DNA of 64,000 nt from Acutalibacteraceae bacterium. Lineage in GTDB: Bacteria; Bacillota; Clostridia; Oscillospirales; Acutalibacteraceae. Where the stretch lies: assembly GCA_045536305.1 (NCBI GenBank), contig JAZSNH010000029.1, positions 56,225 to 120,224 of the forward strand, in the 5' to 3' direction. The notes beneath the pieces were generated by a model. It ran no database searches and had not been told where the DNA came from. It worked only from the letters and a program-made list of their open reading frames with translations. This document shows, in pieces, positions 1-8,357 of the stretch. Each line of letters begins with the position of its first letter. Position 1 is the first letter of the stretch. Position numbers and translations under genes: made by a program.

Positions 1-119
1 TCACGTTTGTATACATTGACAAAACCGCCCTGCAGCAAAGGGGAGAAAATGGGAAGTTTTGCAGTCGCAGGGGTATTATACACCATAAATACAGCTTTTT
101 CAATGCGTATGCATAATTC

Positions 120-148
120 TTGACGCTGACACAAAGACAGTGTATAAT
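120..148 (+). promoter_or_regulatory. sigma-A type promoter candidate
   Basis: TTGACG (120-125), 17-nt spacer, TATAAT (143-148), about 30 nt upstream of the ATG at 181. Pattern match only. Confidence 0.5.
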
Positions 149-180
149 TAGTTCCAATATGCATCTGAAAGGTGATAAAT

Positions 181-1434
181 ATGAATTGTACACATTGCAA
201 TGCTGCTTTGCCTGAGGGAGCAAAGGTATGTGAATACTGTGACTGCCCGATCGAAGCAAAAAAATCGGGGAATAGAAAACGCAGGGTTATCGGTATTCTG
301 TATGCGGCTGCCGCCTTTCTGCTGATTTTACTGCCCTTTCTCGGAAGTGACATTATGGGAGATAAGGGAGTTCTACTTACGCGGCTTATTCAAAGCGAGT
401 ACGGAGCCATGGACGATACTGCTGCCGCCTTTTCTATAATTTTAAGTGCAGTTGATTCTCTCGATTATACGGTGTTTTCTGCCGCAGGGCTTATGATGGC
501 AGTGGCGGCATTGGCTCTGCTGCTCAATAAAAAGGGTGCTTACAAGGCCGCTGTGACAAGCGGCATTGCAGGGCTTGCGGCAGTTTGCTATGCGTCATTT
601 ATGATAATTGTGATGTCCGCATTTCCTCAGCTTCTGGTCTCGGCGTACACACCCGAGGAGCAGATTGTTGAGATAGCTGCAAAAATTATACGAAGTGAGC
701 CTGTATTCATTGCACGCTGTATCGTTGCCGCTCTTTGCACAGCGGCACTGATAATACCGACCTTTATTCTGACCGTAAAAGCAAGAAAGAGCGGAACTGA
801 TGAGCCGGCTTTCTGCAAAAAGATGGAGAGAAGCACAGCTTCTCTTATGACCCTGCTTCCTCTGCTGAGTATTGTACTGAGGCTCAAGGATATGATGAAA
901 AATCTATTTGCCGTAAGGATGGGGGCAGATGCATTGGCAGCAAGCGGCATTGCAGACGCGGCAGTTGCAAACTTTATCGGAGTTTCTGCTGTTATGCTGC
1001 TTATTATTACCGTTTACTGTGTACTGATGAAGAAGTTCAGATATCCGCTGTTTATATTCCCCGGACTCGGTGCGCTGATGGTTTACGGAATTTATGGCCT
1101 TTTGCGTTGTTTTTCGCAAAAAGATATGTATACTATCTATGGCCGCGAAGATGTATACGGTATGGTAGGTCAGGCGGTTATTCCCAAGGCGTTTGGTGTG
1201 ATATTGCTGCTTGTCGCCGTTTATTTCTGGATAGCCGCCACCGCCAGAGGCGGTATGCGTGCATGGGGGCAGATAATTTTTGCGGTGAGCTTTATAATCC
1301 TTGTTTTTATGCTTGAGACTATAATGGTGACTGTATTAAAAATGGGATTTTCATTCCCCCTTGCTGAAATAGTTATCGGCAGCGGCATGCTCGCCGCGGC
1401 GATTCCGCTGAGCATAAGAAAAAGGGAAAATTGA
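181..1434 (+). CDS. zinc-ribbon domain multi-pass membrane protein (function unknown)
   Basis: ORF track 172..1434. The ATG at 181 follows a GAAAGGTGA RBS-like run. The N-terminus MNCTHC...CEYC has two CxxC pairs (zinc ribbon), and the rest is a series of hydrophobic helices. Confidence 0.6.
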   Translation: MNCTHCNAALPEGAKVCEYCDCPIEAKKSGNRKRRVIGILYAAAAFLLILLPFLGSDIMGDKGVLLTRLIQSEYGAMDDTAAAFSIILSAVDSLDYTVFSAAGLMMAVAALALLLNKKGAYKAAVTSGIAGLAAVCYASFMIIVMSAFPQLLVSAYTPEEQIVEIAAKIIRSEPVFIARCIVAALCTAALIIPTFILTVKARKSGTDEPAFCKKMERSTASLMTLLPLLSIVLRLKDMMKNLFAVRMGADALAASGIADAAVANFIGVSAVMLLIITVYCVLMKKFRYPLFIFPGLGALMVYGIYGLLRCFSQKDMYTIYGREDVYGMVGQAVIPKAFGVILLLVAVYFWIAATARGGMRAWGQIIFAVSFIILVFMLETIMVTVLKMGFSFPLAEIVIGSGMLAAAIPLSIRKREN

Positions 1435-1477
1435 TCTGTCGGCAAAATGCCCGCGCTTTGTCCCTTTTCTGCTTTCC

Positions 1478-1745
1478 CTGTCTTTCTTTATATCTCTTTT
1501 TATATCTCTCCCTCCAAGAAAAAGGCTCAGCGAAAACGGGAAGAAAACAGGCTCCCTCTGATGAGGGAGCTGTCACGCAGTGACTGAGGGAGAGAAACAA
1601 CACTGACGAGGTAAGCTTTATTGACAGCTTACAACAAGGCAAATATTCCTCTTGAAAAAGCTCTCTGTTTCCTGCGCTCTCTCTGTCTTTCTTTATATCA
1701 TATCTCTCCCTCCAAGAAAAAGGCTCAGCGAAAACGAGAGGCAAG
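1478..1745. repeat. mosaic intergenic repeat cluster (CTCCCTC/GAGGGAG hairpin module plus dispersed ~110-170-nt repeat)
   Basis: Internal direct repeat 1478-1538 vs 1683-1736 (CTGTCTTTCTTTATATC...TCTCCCTCCAAGAAAAAGGCTCAGCGAAAACG). Hairpin GCTCCCTC-TGAT-GAGGGAGC at 1551-1570. Segment 1572-1682 aligns without gaps to 7992-8102, roughly 85 percent identical by eye. Confidence 0.8.
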
Positions 1746-1794
1746 AAAAAGCTCGGCGAAAATGGGAGGCGTTAGGGAGGTTATCCGAAGTTCT

Positions 1795-1831
1795 AAAAAA
1801 ACAGACTCCTTTATCGGGAGTCTGTTTTTTT
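1795..1831. terminator. bidirectional intrinsic terminator
   Basis: A7-CAGACTCC-loop-GGAGTCTG-T7. The dus stop codon (1811-1813) lies in the loop, and there are T-runs on both strands. Confidence 0.7.
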
Positions 1832-2803
1832 CTTTTCTGCGTCCTTGATAAGCACCGCTTCTGTCAGCGCCGCCATATCGGAGAGCTTTTCAAGAGTTCC
1901 GCACATTCTGCGAAGAGAAGCGGCACCTGCAAGACCTGTCATATACCATGCGGTGTGCTTTCGTGCTTCTCTCATGCCTACCCTCTCGCCCTTGTACTCG
2001 CAGAGCTTGATGATGTGATTGTTCATCACCCTCAGCCGTTCCATAAGGGGCGGAGTATCGACAACACGGCAGTCATTAAGCCATGCGTTTATCTGCATAA
2101 ATATCCACGGATTTCCCAATGCGCCTCTGCCCACCATGACCGCATCACAGCCTGTTTCCTCCAGCATGTGAACCGCATCCATGGCTCCGTTTATGTCTCC
2201 GTTGCCGATAACGGGAATACTGACTGTATTTTTTACTTCCTTTATTACATTAAGATCTACGGGAGGAGCGTACATCTGCGCTCTTGTTCTGCCGTGAACG
2301 GTTATGGCGGCGGCACCTGCGGCCTCTGCCCTCTTTGCAACCTCAACAGCGGTAAGGCAGTTTTCGTCCCAACCTTTGCGGATTTTGACTGTTACCGGTA
2401 CATTGCCTGCGGCTCTGACCACCTCTGCGACCATTCTGCCGCACAGCTCGGGGTTTTTCATCAGCGCACTGCCGCCGCCGTTGCCGCTTATCTTCGGCGC
2501 AGGACAGCCCATATTTATATCTATCGCCTCGGGATTGCTTTCAAGCGCCTTTTCAACCGATGCAGCGACGATAAGCGGGTCATCGCCGAAAAGCTGTATC
2601 GCCATGGGGCGCTCCTTTTCAGATATCTGCATAAGTGCGGCGGATTTTCTGTCGTGCATGGTTATTCCCTTGCCCGATACCATTTCGCTGACGCACCACG
2701 CCGCACCGTAGCCGACGCACAGCTCTCTGAAGGCGCGGTCGGCAACCCCTGCCATGGGAGCCAGTATAACCTTGCCCGAAAGCTCGGTATTTCCAATCTT
2801 CAT
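1811..2803 (-). CDS. dusB: tRNA-dihydrouridine synthase
   Basis: 330 aa. LAPMAGVADRAFR near the N-terminus and the DINMGCPAPK active-site Cys motif are typical of Dus-family FMN TIM-barrel enzymes. Confidence 0.9.
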   Translation of the reverse strand: MKIGNTELSGKVILAPMAGVADRAFRELCVGYGAAWCVSEMVSGKGITMHDRKSAALMQISEKERPMAIQLFGDDPLIVAASVEKALESNPEAIDINMGCPAPKISGNGGGSALMKNPELCGRMVAEVVRAAGNVPVTVKIRKGWDENCLTAVEVAKRAEAAGAAAITVHGRTRAQMYAPPVDLNVIKEVKNTVSIPVIGNGDINGAMDAVHMLEETGCDAVMVGRGALGNPWIFMQINAWLNDCRVVDTPPLMERLRVMNNHIIKLCEYKGERVGMREARKHTAWYMTGLAGAASLRRMCGTLEKLSDMAALTEAVLIKDAEKKKTDSR

Positions 2804-2925
2804 AGTATATCTCTCCGTTTCGAAGCTTTTGATATTTTAGCATAAAGTGACCGATGTATCAAGCGTCAAAAGTCAAGTGCCGCCGCAGCGGAGATTCCGT
2901 CACGGCGGCACATATCATCAAAATT

Positions 2926-3570
2926 TCAAGGATTCTTTTTAAGCACAAGCTCTGCCCTGTCGCCTGTCAGCTCGTCGGTGTAATAAATCGTCAGCGTATC
3001 GCCCGAAAGACTGCACTTTGCGGCCTCGTCGGAGGATGCGCCCTCTGCGAAAAGTACAAGCTCTTCGCCTGTAAATGAAAAGCTGTCAAGGTCGCGGTAA
3101 TCGGAGAGCGAGCAGTCACTGTTCAGAGTAAAGAACAGGGTGTCGCCATCGTACCATGAGCCGAAGATACCTTCATCTGACGTGCCCTTTTCGGGAAGTC
3201 CCGTACCGCCTGCAATGCCTTCGGCAGAACGGCAGTAATATTTTCTCGAGGTAAAATATCCGCCGATATCGGAGGATAGCCTGAGGATGTTGCCGTCTGT
3301 GTAAAATTCGAGCGAGGCGGTGCTGCCGGGGAGCATAGTATCCCATGTGATGGTGCTGCCCTCTATCTTGTAGAGGGAGCTGTAATTATTTGTGCCTGTG
3401 ACGGTGCCGTCTGAGTGAATGCTTCTGTATGGAGCGCCGCTGTAGGTGTACCAGTCGCCGAGAATAAGCTCGGTGACTGTTTTTTCGGAAACAGCTTTAC
3501 CGCACCCGATAAAGGTGAGCAGGCAGACAATTGTCAGAACAGCAAGAAAAACAGATAGCAGTTTTTTCAT
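2926..3570 (-). CDS. putative lipoprotein (function unknown)
   Basis: ORF track 2926..3633. The internal ATG at 3570 gives MKKLLSVFLAVLTIVCLLTFIGCGK, a signal peptide with a lipobox-like Cys. No catalytic motif recognised. Confidence 0.55.
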   Translation of the reverse strand: MKKLLSVFLAVLTIVCLLTFIGCGKAVSEKTVTELILGDWYTYSGAPYRSIHSDGTVTGTNNYSSLYKIEGSTITWDTMLPGSTASLEFYTDGNILRLSSDIGGYFTSRKYYCRSAEGIAGGTGLPEKGTSDEGIFGSWYDGDTLFFTLNSDCSLSDYRDLDSFSFTGEELVLFAEGASSDEAAKCSLSGDTLTIYYTDELTGDRAELVLKKNP

Positions 3571-3622
3571 TTTTGTATTCTCCGAATCGTAGAATAAAAT
3601 AGAGTTATCAAAAAACATAAAT

Positions 3623-4132
3623 CTATGATTCAAATAACCGGACCTTCCTGAGTGAGAGGAACAGAAGAGTTCCGAGAACAGACACTGTGATAAGCTCGCC
3701 CAGCCCTACTGCCGCAGCACAGTAAAGAAAAGTACCTGCACCAAAGAACAGTGTCAGCTCACCGCCGACGATAAGAGCATTGAAAATAACGGGAGACAGC
3801 AGGGACAGCACGGGAACAGAGCCAATTACAGCCGTATTTCTCAGAAGCCTTGTGCATAAAGCGGCAAGCAGGGTCGCAAGGGTTCCGAAAAGGATGTCCA
3901 CAGGAAGGGTGACTCCCATGCTCATGCCGATTACATTCGAAATAAGACAGCCCAACGCAAGTCCGGGCACTGCCGCAGGAGTGAGTAAAGGCGTAACGGT
4001 CAGAGCTTCGGAAACGCGAAGCTGTACGGGACCGAAGGAAAGGGGCGCAAAGCACAGCGTCAGGATCGCATAAAGCGCGGCTATTATCGCGCCCTCTGCC
4101 ATCGAGCGGACGGTAGTGGTTGTTTTTTTCAT
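3623..4132 (-). CDS. queT: QueT-family queuosine-precursor transporter
   Basis: 169 aa, multi-TM. The N-terminal AEGAIIAALYAILTL...SFGPVQLRVSEAL matches my recollection of the QueT family. Confidence 0.7.
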   Translation of the reverse strand: MKKTTTTVRSMAEGAIIAALYAILTLCFAPLSFGPVQLRVSEALTVTPLLTPAAVPGLALGCLISNVIGMSMGVTLPVDILFGTLATLLAALCTRLLRNTAVIGSVPVLSLLSPVIFNALIVGGELTLFFGAGTFLYCAAAVGLGELITVSVLGTLLFLSLRKVRLFES

Positions 4133-4139
4133 TTTTAAT

Positions 4140-4195
4140 TCTTCTTTCGTAGTTTTATTTATTTATACAGTCAGGATTTTGCGAACTGGCTGTTT
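4140..4195 (-). promoter_or_regulatory. candidate preQ1-I riboswitch in the queT leader
   Basis: The minus strand reads CAGCCAG-UUCGCAAAAUC-CUGACUG-UAUAAAUAAAUAAAACUA. It has a short stem with one C.A mismatch, a UUCGC-containing loop and an A-rich tail ending AAAACUA, which resembles the preQ1-I consensus. queT is a classic preQ1-riboswitch target. Confidence 0.4.
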
Positions 4196-4203
4196 TTATA
4201 TAA

Positions 4204-6330
4204 TTATTCCTTCATTGCAGCCCTTGCACGGGAGATAAGCTCCTCCTGAGCGTTTACGATGCCGTTCGGGCGCTCTGAATAGGGAACCTCTTCTTCCAGG
4301 CCGAAATCAAAGATCCCATATTCGGAAGGCCTTTTGGGAATATAGTCTGAAAGGGTTTTGTATTTTCCACCCTCAGCGAGAATGCGTGCTTTTACCGTGT
4401 CTGTCCAGTAAAGCTCCGTTTCTTCTATGACACGATCACGGACTTCTTCGTTGAGCAGGGGGAAAAGCAGCTCCACACGCTTTGAAAGGTTGCGCGTCAT
4501 AAGATCGGCACTGCCGAGATAGACCTTTCGCTCTTTTCCAGTGCCGAAAATATAGACCCTTGTATGCTCAAGATGTCTGCCCACAACGGAACGAACCTCG
4601 ATATTGCCTGCGGCGTCGCGACTTGTTGGGTCGAGGCTGCATATACCGCGAACCAGCAGGCGGATCTTGACTCCTGACTGAGCGGCGAGATATAGACGGT
4701 CGATCATGTCGGGGTCTGAGAGAGAATTCATTTTGCCGTAAAATTCTCCCTGACCGCCGTTTGCGGCCTTTTCTGACTCCTTCTCAAGAAGCTCGTAAAC
4801 GGTGCTTCTCATAGAGTGAGGTGCCATTACAAGGTGCAAAAGCTCAGGCTTGCGGAAGAAGCCCGTTATGCTGTTGAAAAATGCGGTGGCATCGCTGCCG
4901 AGGGTCTCTTCGCAGGTCAGAAGACCGTAGTCGGTATACATTTTCGCTGTGGAATCGTTATAGTTTCCTGTTCCGAGGTGCAGATACTGGCGCACTCCGT
5001 CGTCCTCGCGGCGGACAACAAGGGTTATCTTGCTGTGTGTTTTGAGATCCTCGACGCCGTAGACGACATTTACACCCTTTTTCTTCAGCTCTTCGCCGTA
5101 GGTGATATTGTTTTCCTCGTCAAAGCGCGCCTTAAGTTCGACAAGAGCCGTTACCTGCTTGCCGTTTTCTGCGGCGGCCTCGAGAGCCTTTATTATGGGG
5201 CTGTTGTTGGAAACTCGGTACAGGGTCTGCTTTATGGCTATTACATTGGGGTCATCGGCAGCCTGATTTAAGAATCTGACAACAGGATCGAAGGAGTCAA
5301 AGGGATGGTGAAGCAGAATGTCGCCCTTTCTTATTTCTTCGAATATATCTGCCTCGGCGTCTCTGAGACGAAGCGGCATATTGGGGACATAGCGCTCGTA
5401 TTTGAGAGCGTCGAAGCCGCCGAGACCGTACAGCTCCTTCATAAGGAAGGTAAGGGAAATAGGTCCGCAGGATTCGTAGACATCCTTTTTCTCAAGGCCG
5501 AATGCCTTTGTAAAGAATTTAATAAGCTTGTTGTCGCAGCCGCGCTCCATTTCAAGACGGATGACTGCGCCCTTTTTACGTTTTTTAAGGGATTTCTTGA
5601 TCTCTGCAAGCAGATCCTCCGCCTCTTCCTCGTTTATATCGAGATCACCGTTTCTGGTGATGCGGTAGGGGGTGCAGGAGATAACACGGAAGCCGCCGAA
5701 CAGCTTGCCGATATTAAGCTTTATTACATCCTCAACAGGGACATAGGTGTGCTGGCGTATACGGAAAAGACGGGGGAAATTGGAGGGCACCTGCACGGTG
5801 GCAAAGGCTGCTTCTTCCTCGGAATCCTCAACCATTACGGCGAGATTCAGCGCGCGGTTGGCTATAAAAGGGAAGGGATGACTTTTGTCTATGGCAAGGG
5901 GAGTCAGAACAGGATAAAGAGAACTGTCAAAAAAGCCCTCGCAGTATGCCTTCTGCTCGTCCGAGAGCTGATGGGCACGAAGTATCCTTATATCGTGCGT
6001 CTCAAGCTCGGGAAGGATATCCTCGACATAGGTGTCGTAAAGATCCACGGTCATTTTCTTTACGCGCTTTGCAATAGAGGAAAGCTGCTGCTTTGCCGAC
6101 ATTCCGCCCGGGTCGGTGGAATTGCCCTTGGCGTTCAGCTGGTCTCTGAGAGAAGCCACACGCACCATGAAAAATTCATCAAGGTTCGAGCATACTATAC
6201 TCATAAAGTTCATTCGCTCAAAAAGCGGATTGCCCATATCCCTTGCCTGCATCAGAACTCTCTGGTTAAATTCAAGCCATGACAGCTCACGATTTATAAA
6301 ATTGGATTCAGAAAAGACGGTAGTGCCCAT
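4204..6330 (-). CDS. ppk1: polyphosphate kinase 1
   Basis: 708 aa. N-terminal FINRELSWLEFNQRVL signature and two C-terminal PLD-like modules (HSKITLV, GSADLMTRN). Confidence 0.95.
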   Translation of the reverse strand: MGTTVFSESNFINRELSWLEFNQRVLMQARDMGNPLFERMNFMSIVCSNLDEFFMVRVASLRDQLNAKGNSTDPGGMSAKQQLSSIAKRVKKMTVDLYDTYVEDILPELETHDIRILRAHQLSDEQKAYCEGFFDSSLYPVLTPLAIDKSHPFPFIANRALNLAVMVEDSEEEAAFATVQVPSNFPRLFRIRQHTYVPVEDVIKLNIGKLFGGFRVISCTPYRITRNGDLDINEEEAEDLLAEIKKSLKKRKKGAVIRLEMERGCDNKLIKFFTKAFGLEKKDVYESCGPISLTFLMKELYGLGGFDALKYERYVPNMPLRLRDAEADIFEEIRKGDILLHHPFDSFDPVVRFLNQAADDPNVIAIKQTLYRVSNNSPIIKALEAAAENGKQVTALVELKARFDEENNITYGEELKKKGVNVVYGVEDLKTHSKITLVVRREDDGVRQYLHLGTGNYNDSTAKMYTDYGLLTCEETLGSDATAFFNSITGFFRKPELLHLVMAPHSMRSTVYELLEKESEKAANGGQGEFYGKMNSLSDPDMIDRLYLAAQSGVKIRLLVRGICSLDPTSRDAAGNIEVRSVVGRHLEHTRVYIFGTGKERKVYLGSADLMTRNLSKRVELLFPLLNEEVRDRVIEETELYWTDTVKARILAEGGKYKTLSDYIPKRPSEYGIFDFGLEEEVPYSERPNGIVNAQEELISRARAAMKE

Positions 6331-6431
6331 ACAATTCCCTCCGGAGTGTTTTTGTTAAGTTTGATTATACCAAAATATATAAGCTTTGTTAAGGGCTTTT
6401 CCGAAATTTTTACGGCAGTTGTGTGACACAT

Positions 6432-6460
6432 TTGACAAAAACGCATATATTTGATATACT
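6432..6460 (+). promoter_or_regulatory. sigma-A promoter with extended -10
   Basis: TTGACA (6432-6437), 17-nt spacer, TGaTATACT (6452-6460). It would give a ~125-nt leader ahead of the CNNM/CorC gene. Confidence 0.55.
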
Positions 6461-6589
6461 TTGCTCTACGGTGCATAAAATAAAATTTTCGTGCATTGCT
6501 GAAAGGAGAAAATGTAAAATGACCGGTGACGCGGACAGTAGCCGCCTCAATTTCAATGCAGCCGCAGTGCGTACATTCCAAAGGAAGGA

Positions 6590-7927
6590 GTGTTCATCGC
6601 TGTGGATATAGTTCTCAGTATCGGTATTCTTATAATACTTACGCTGATAAATGCGTTTTTTGCCATGAGTGAAATAGCGATAATTACGCTTAATGACGCT
6701 AAAATGGAAGCCATGGCGGAAAAAAAGCATAAGGGAGCAAGGAGCATTCTGAAGCTGACAAAGGACTCAAGCGGATTTCTTGCCACCATTCAGGTCGGCG
6801 TGACTCTGGCAGGCTTTTTGTCGTCTGCATCTGCCGCAAACGCATTTACCGCAAGGCTCAGCGGAGTGCTTGACAATATCGGGTTCATTTCCGAAAGCGT
6901 TGCTACCACACTTTCTACAATTATTATAACGGTTATATTGTCGTTTTTCAGCCTTGTTTTCGGCGAGCTTGTGCCGAAGAAAATAGGTATGGCAAAGGCG
7001 GAGGTCATATCCTTCAAGGTTGTAAGTGTACTGCTCTTTTTTAAAGCTGCCGCAAAGCCTTTTGTGTGGCTGCTTACAAAATCCACAAACGCTGTATCCC
7101 GTATGTTCGGCATCGATCCCAATTACGATGAGCGGACCGTTACCGCCGAAGAGATACTTATGATGGTGGATGTCGGTGGAGAAAAGGGCGTTATAGAGGA
7201 AAACGAGCGCGATATGATCGCCAATATTTTTGATTTCGGCGATACTACCGCCAGTGAAGTCATGACTCACCGTACCGAAGTGGTGGCTGTTGAAAACACC
7301 GCTTCCATAGATGAGCTTGTTTCTCTTACCGTTGAAACGGGTCGTTCGAGAATACCTCTCTTCGAGGAAGATATTGACACTATCCTTGGTATTATTTACG
7401 TAAAGGATCTGCTTCAGTACGTGGGCAAGGAGGAGGTCGCAGACCTTAAGCTCACAGACTTTATGCGTGATGCTTACTATATTCCCGAGGGAAAGAATCT
7501 GTCAGAGCTCTTTGAGGAAATGACCTCTAAGAAGATACAGATGGCTGTTGTTGTCGATGAATACGGCGGAACGGCAGGTATCGTCACAATGGAGGATATC
7601 CTCGAATCCATCGTCGGCAATATTCAGGACGAGTACGATAACGAGGAGGAGGAATACGCTCAGGTGGGCGATAATACCTACACCGTTGACGGAACCATGC
7701 CCATTGACGAGGTTTCCGACCTTATCGACATCGAGCTGCCCGAGGGCGATTACGATACCCTTGCAGGCCTGCTTGTCAGCGAGCTTGGATATATCCCAAA
7801 GAAGAACGATCACCCGACAATCACGCTCGGCAGAGTCAGCATGACAGTCGAGCAGGTTGAGGAGAGAAGGATCTCACGTGTGCTTATCGTGATAACTCCC
7901 GAGGAGCCTGAGGCGGAGGAAGAATAA
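6590..7927 (+). CDS. CNNM/CorC-type divalent-cation transporter (DUF21 - CBS pair - CorC_HlyC; 'hemolysin family protein')
   Basis: 445 aa. It has an N-terminal 4-TM DUF21-like region ending NAFFAMSEIA, CBS-pair motifs (VMTHRTEV, GIVTMEDILE) and a C-terminal CorC_HlyC-like domain. The start is uncertain: GTG 6590 abuts the AAGGAAGGAG RBS, while in-frame GTG 6602 is better spaced. Confidence 0.85.
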   Translation: MFIAVDIVLSIGILIILTLINAFFAMSEIAIITLNDAKMEAMAEKKHKGARSILKLTKDSSGFLATIQVGVTLAGFLSSASAANAFTARLSGVLDNIGFISESVATTLSTIIITVILSFFSLVFGELVPKKIGMAKAEVISFKVVSVLLFFKAAAKPFVWLLTKSTNAVSRMFGIDPNYDERTVTAEEILMMVDVGGEKGVIEENERDMIANIFDFGDTTASEVMTHRTEVVAVENTASIDELVSLTVETGRSRIPLFEEDIDTILGIIYVKDLLQYVGKEEVADLKLTDFMRDAYYIPEGKNLSELFEEMTSKKIQMAVVVDEYGGTAGIVTMEDILESIVGNIQDEYDNEEEEYAQVGDNTYTVDGTMPIDEVSDLIDIELPEGDYDTLAGLLVSELGYIPKKNDHPTITLGRVSMTVEQVEERRISRVLIVITPEEPEAEEE

Positions 7928-7991
7928 AATATTAAAAAGCCGATGCAAAGCATCGGTTTTTTCTTAGCTTGTCAAAGAACCTGAATCCTTG

Positions 7992-8310
7992 GTCACGCAG
8001 TGACTGAGGGAGAGAAACAACATCGGTGATGTAAGCCTTATTGATAACCTGCAACAAAGCAAATAGCCTTCTTGCAAAAGCTCTCCGTTTTCTGCGCTCT
8101 CTACGGTCTCTTCTTATGTCTCTCCCTCTAAGAAAAGGCTTCATCGCAGATGGGAAAAAATCTCTTTTTATATCTCTCCTTCCGTCTTCGCCTTACGGCA
8201 AATCCACCTCCCTCATCAGAGGGAGGCAAGTAAAGACTTCTCGGTAGATGGGAGGAAAATAAAAGAACACTCTCCCTCCACTCCCATCGTCAGAGGGAGG
8301 CATTAGAGAG
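7992..8310. repeat. mosaic intergenic repeat cluster (second copy of the 1572-1736 repeat plus two CTCCCTC/GAGGGAGG hairpin modules)
   Basis: 7992-8102 is a gapless match to 1572-1682. 8161-8179 is identical to 1494-1512. 8173-8226 matches 15087-15140 (48/54). 8277-8302 matches 19031-19057. Hairpin CCTCCCTC-ATCA-GAGGGAGG at 8207-8226. Confidence 0.8.
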
Positions 8311-8357
8311 ATTTTCCGGCAGTCTGAAAGCCCGGGGCACCGCCCCGTGCTTTACTT

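Noticed and set aside
1621-1848. Small ORFs inside the intergenic repeats (1621..1848 and 8041..8247) sharing NKAN..L.KAL.FLRSL
   Set aside because: The similarity just reflects the DNA repeat. Both start at TTG without an RBS, diverge by indels outside the gapless segment, and run into terminator or hairpin sequence.
1652-2845. 397-aa plus-strand ORF overlapping dus
   Set aside because: It is antisense to a gene with clear Dus motifs. The product is Cys/His/Arg-rich with no domain, and the ORF begins inside the intergenic repeat.
5305-6282. 325-aa plus-strand ORF (and 4816..5271) inside ppk1
   Set aside because: It is antisense to an unambiguous PPK1 coding sequence, with no RBS and no motifs.
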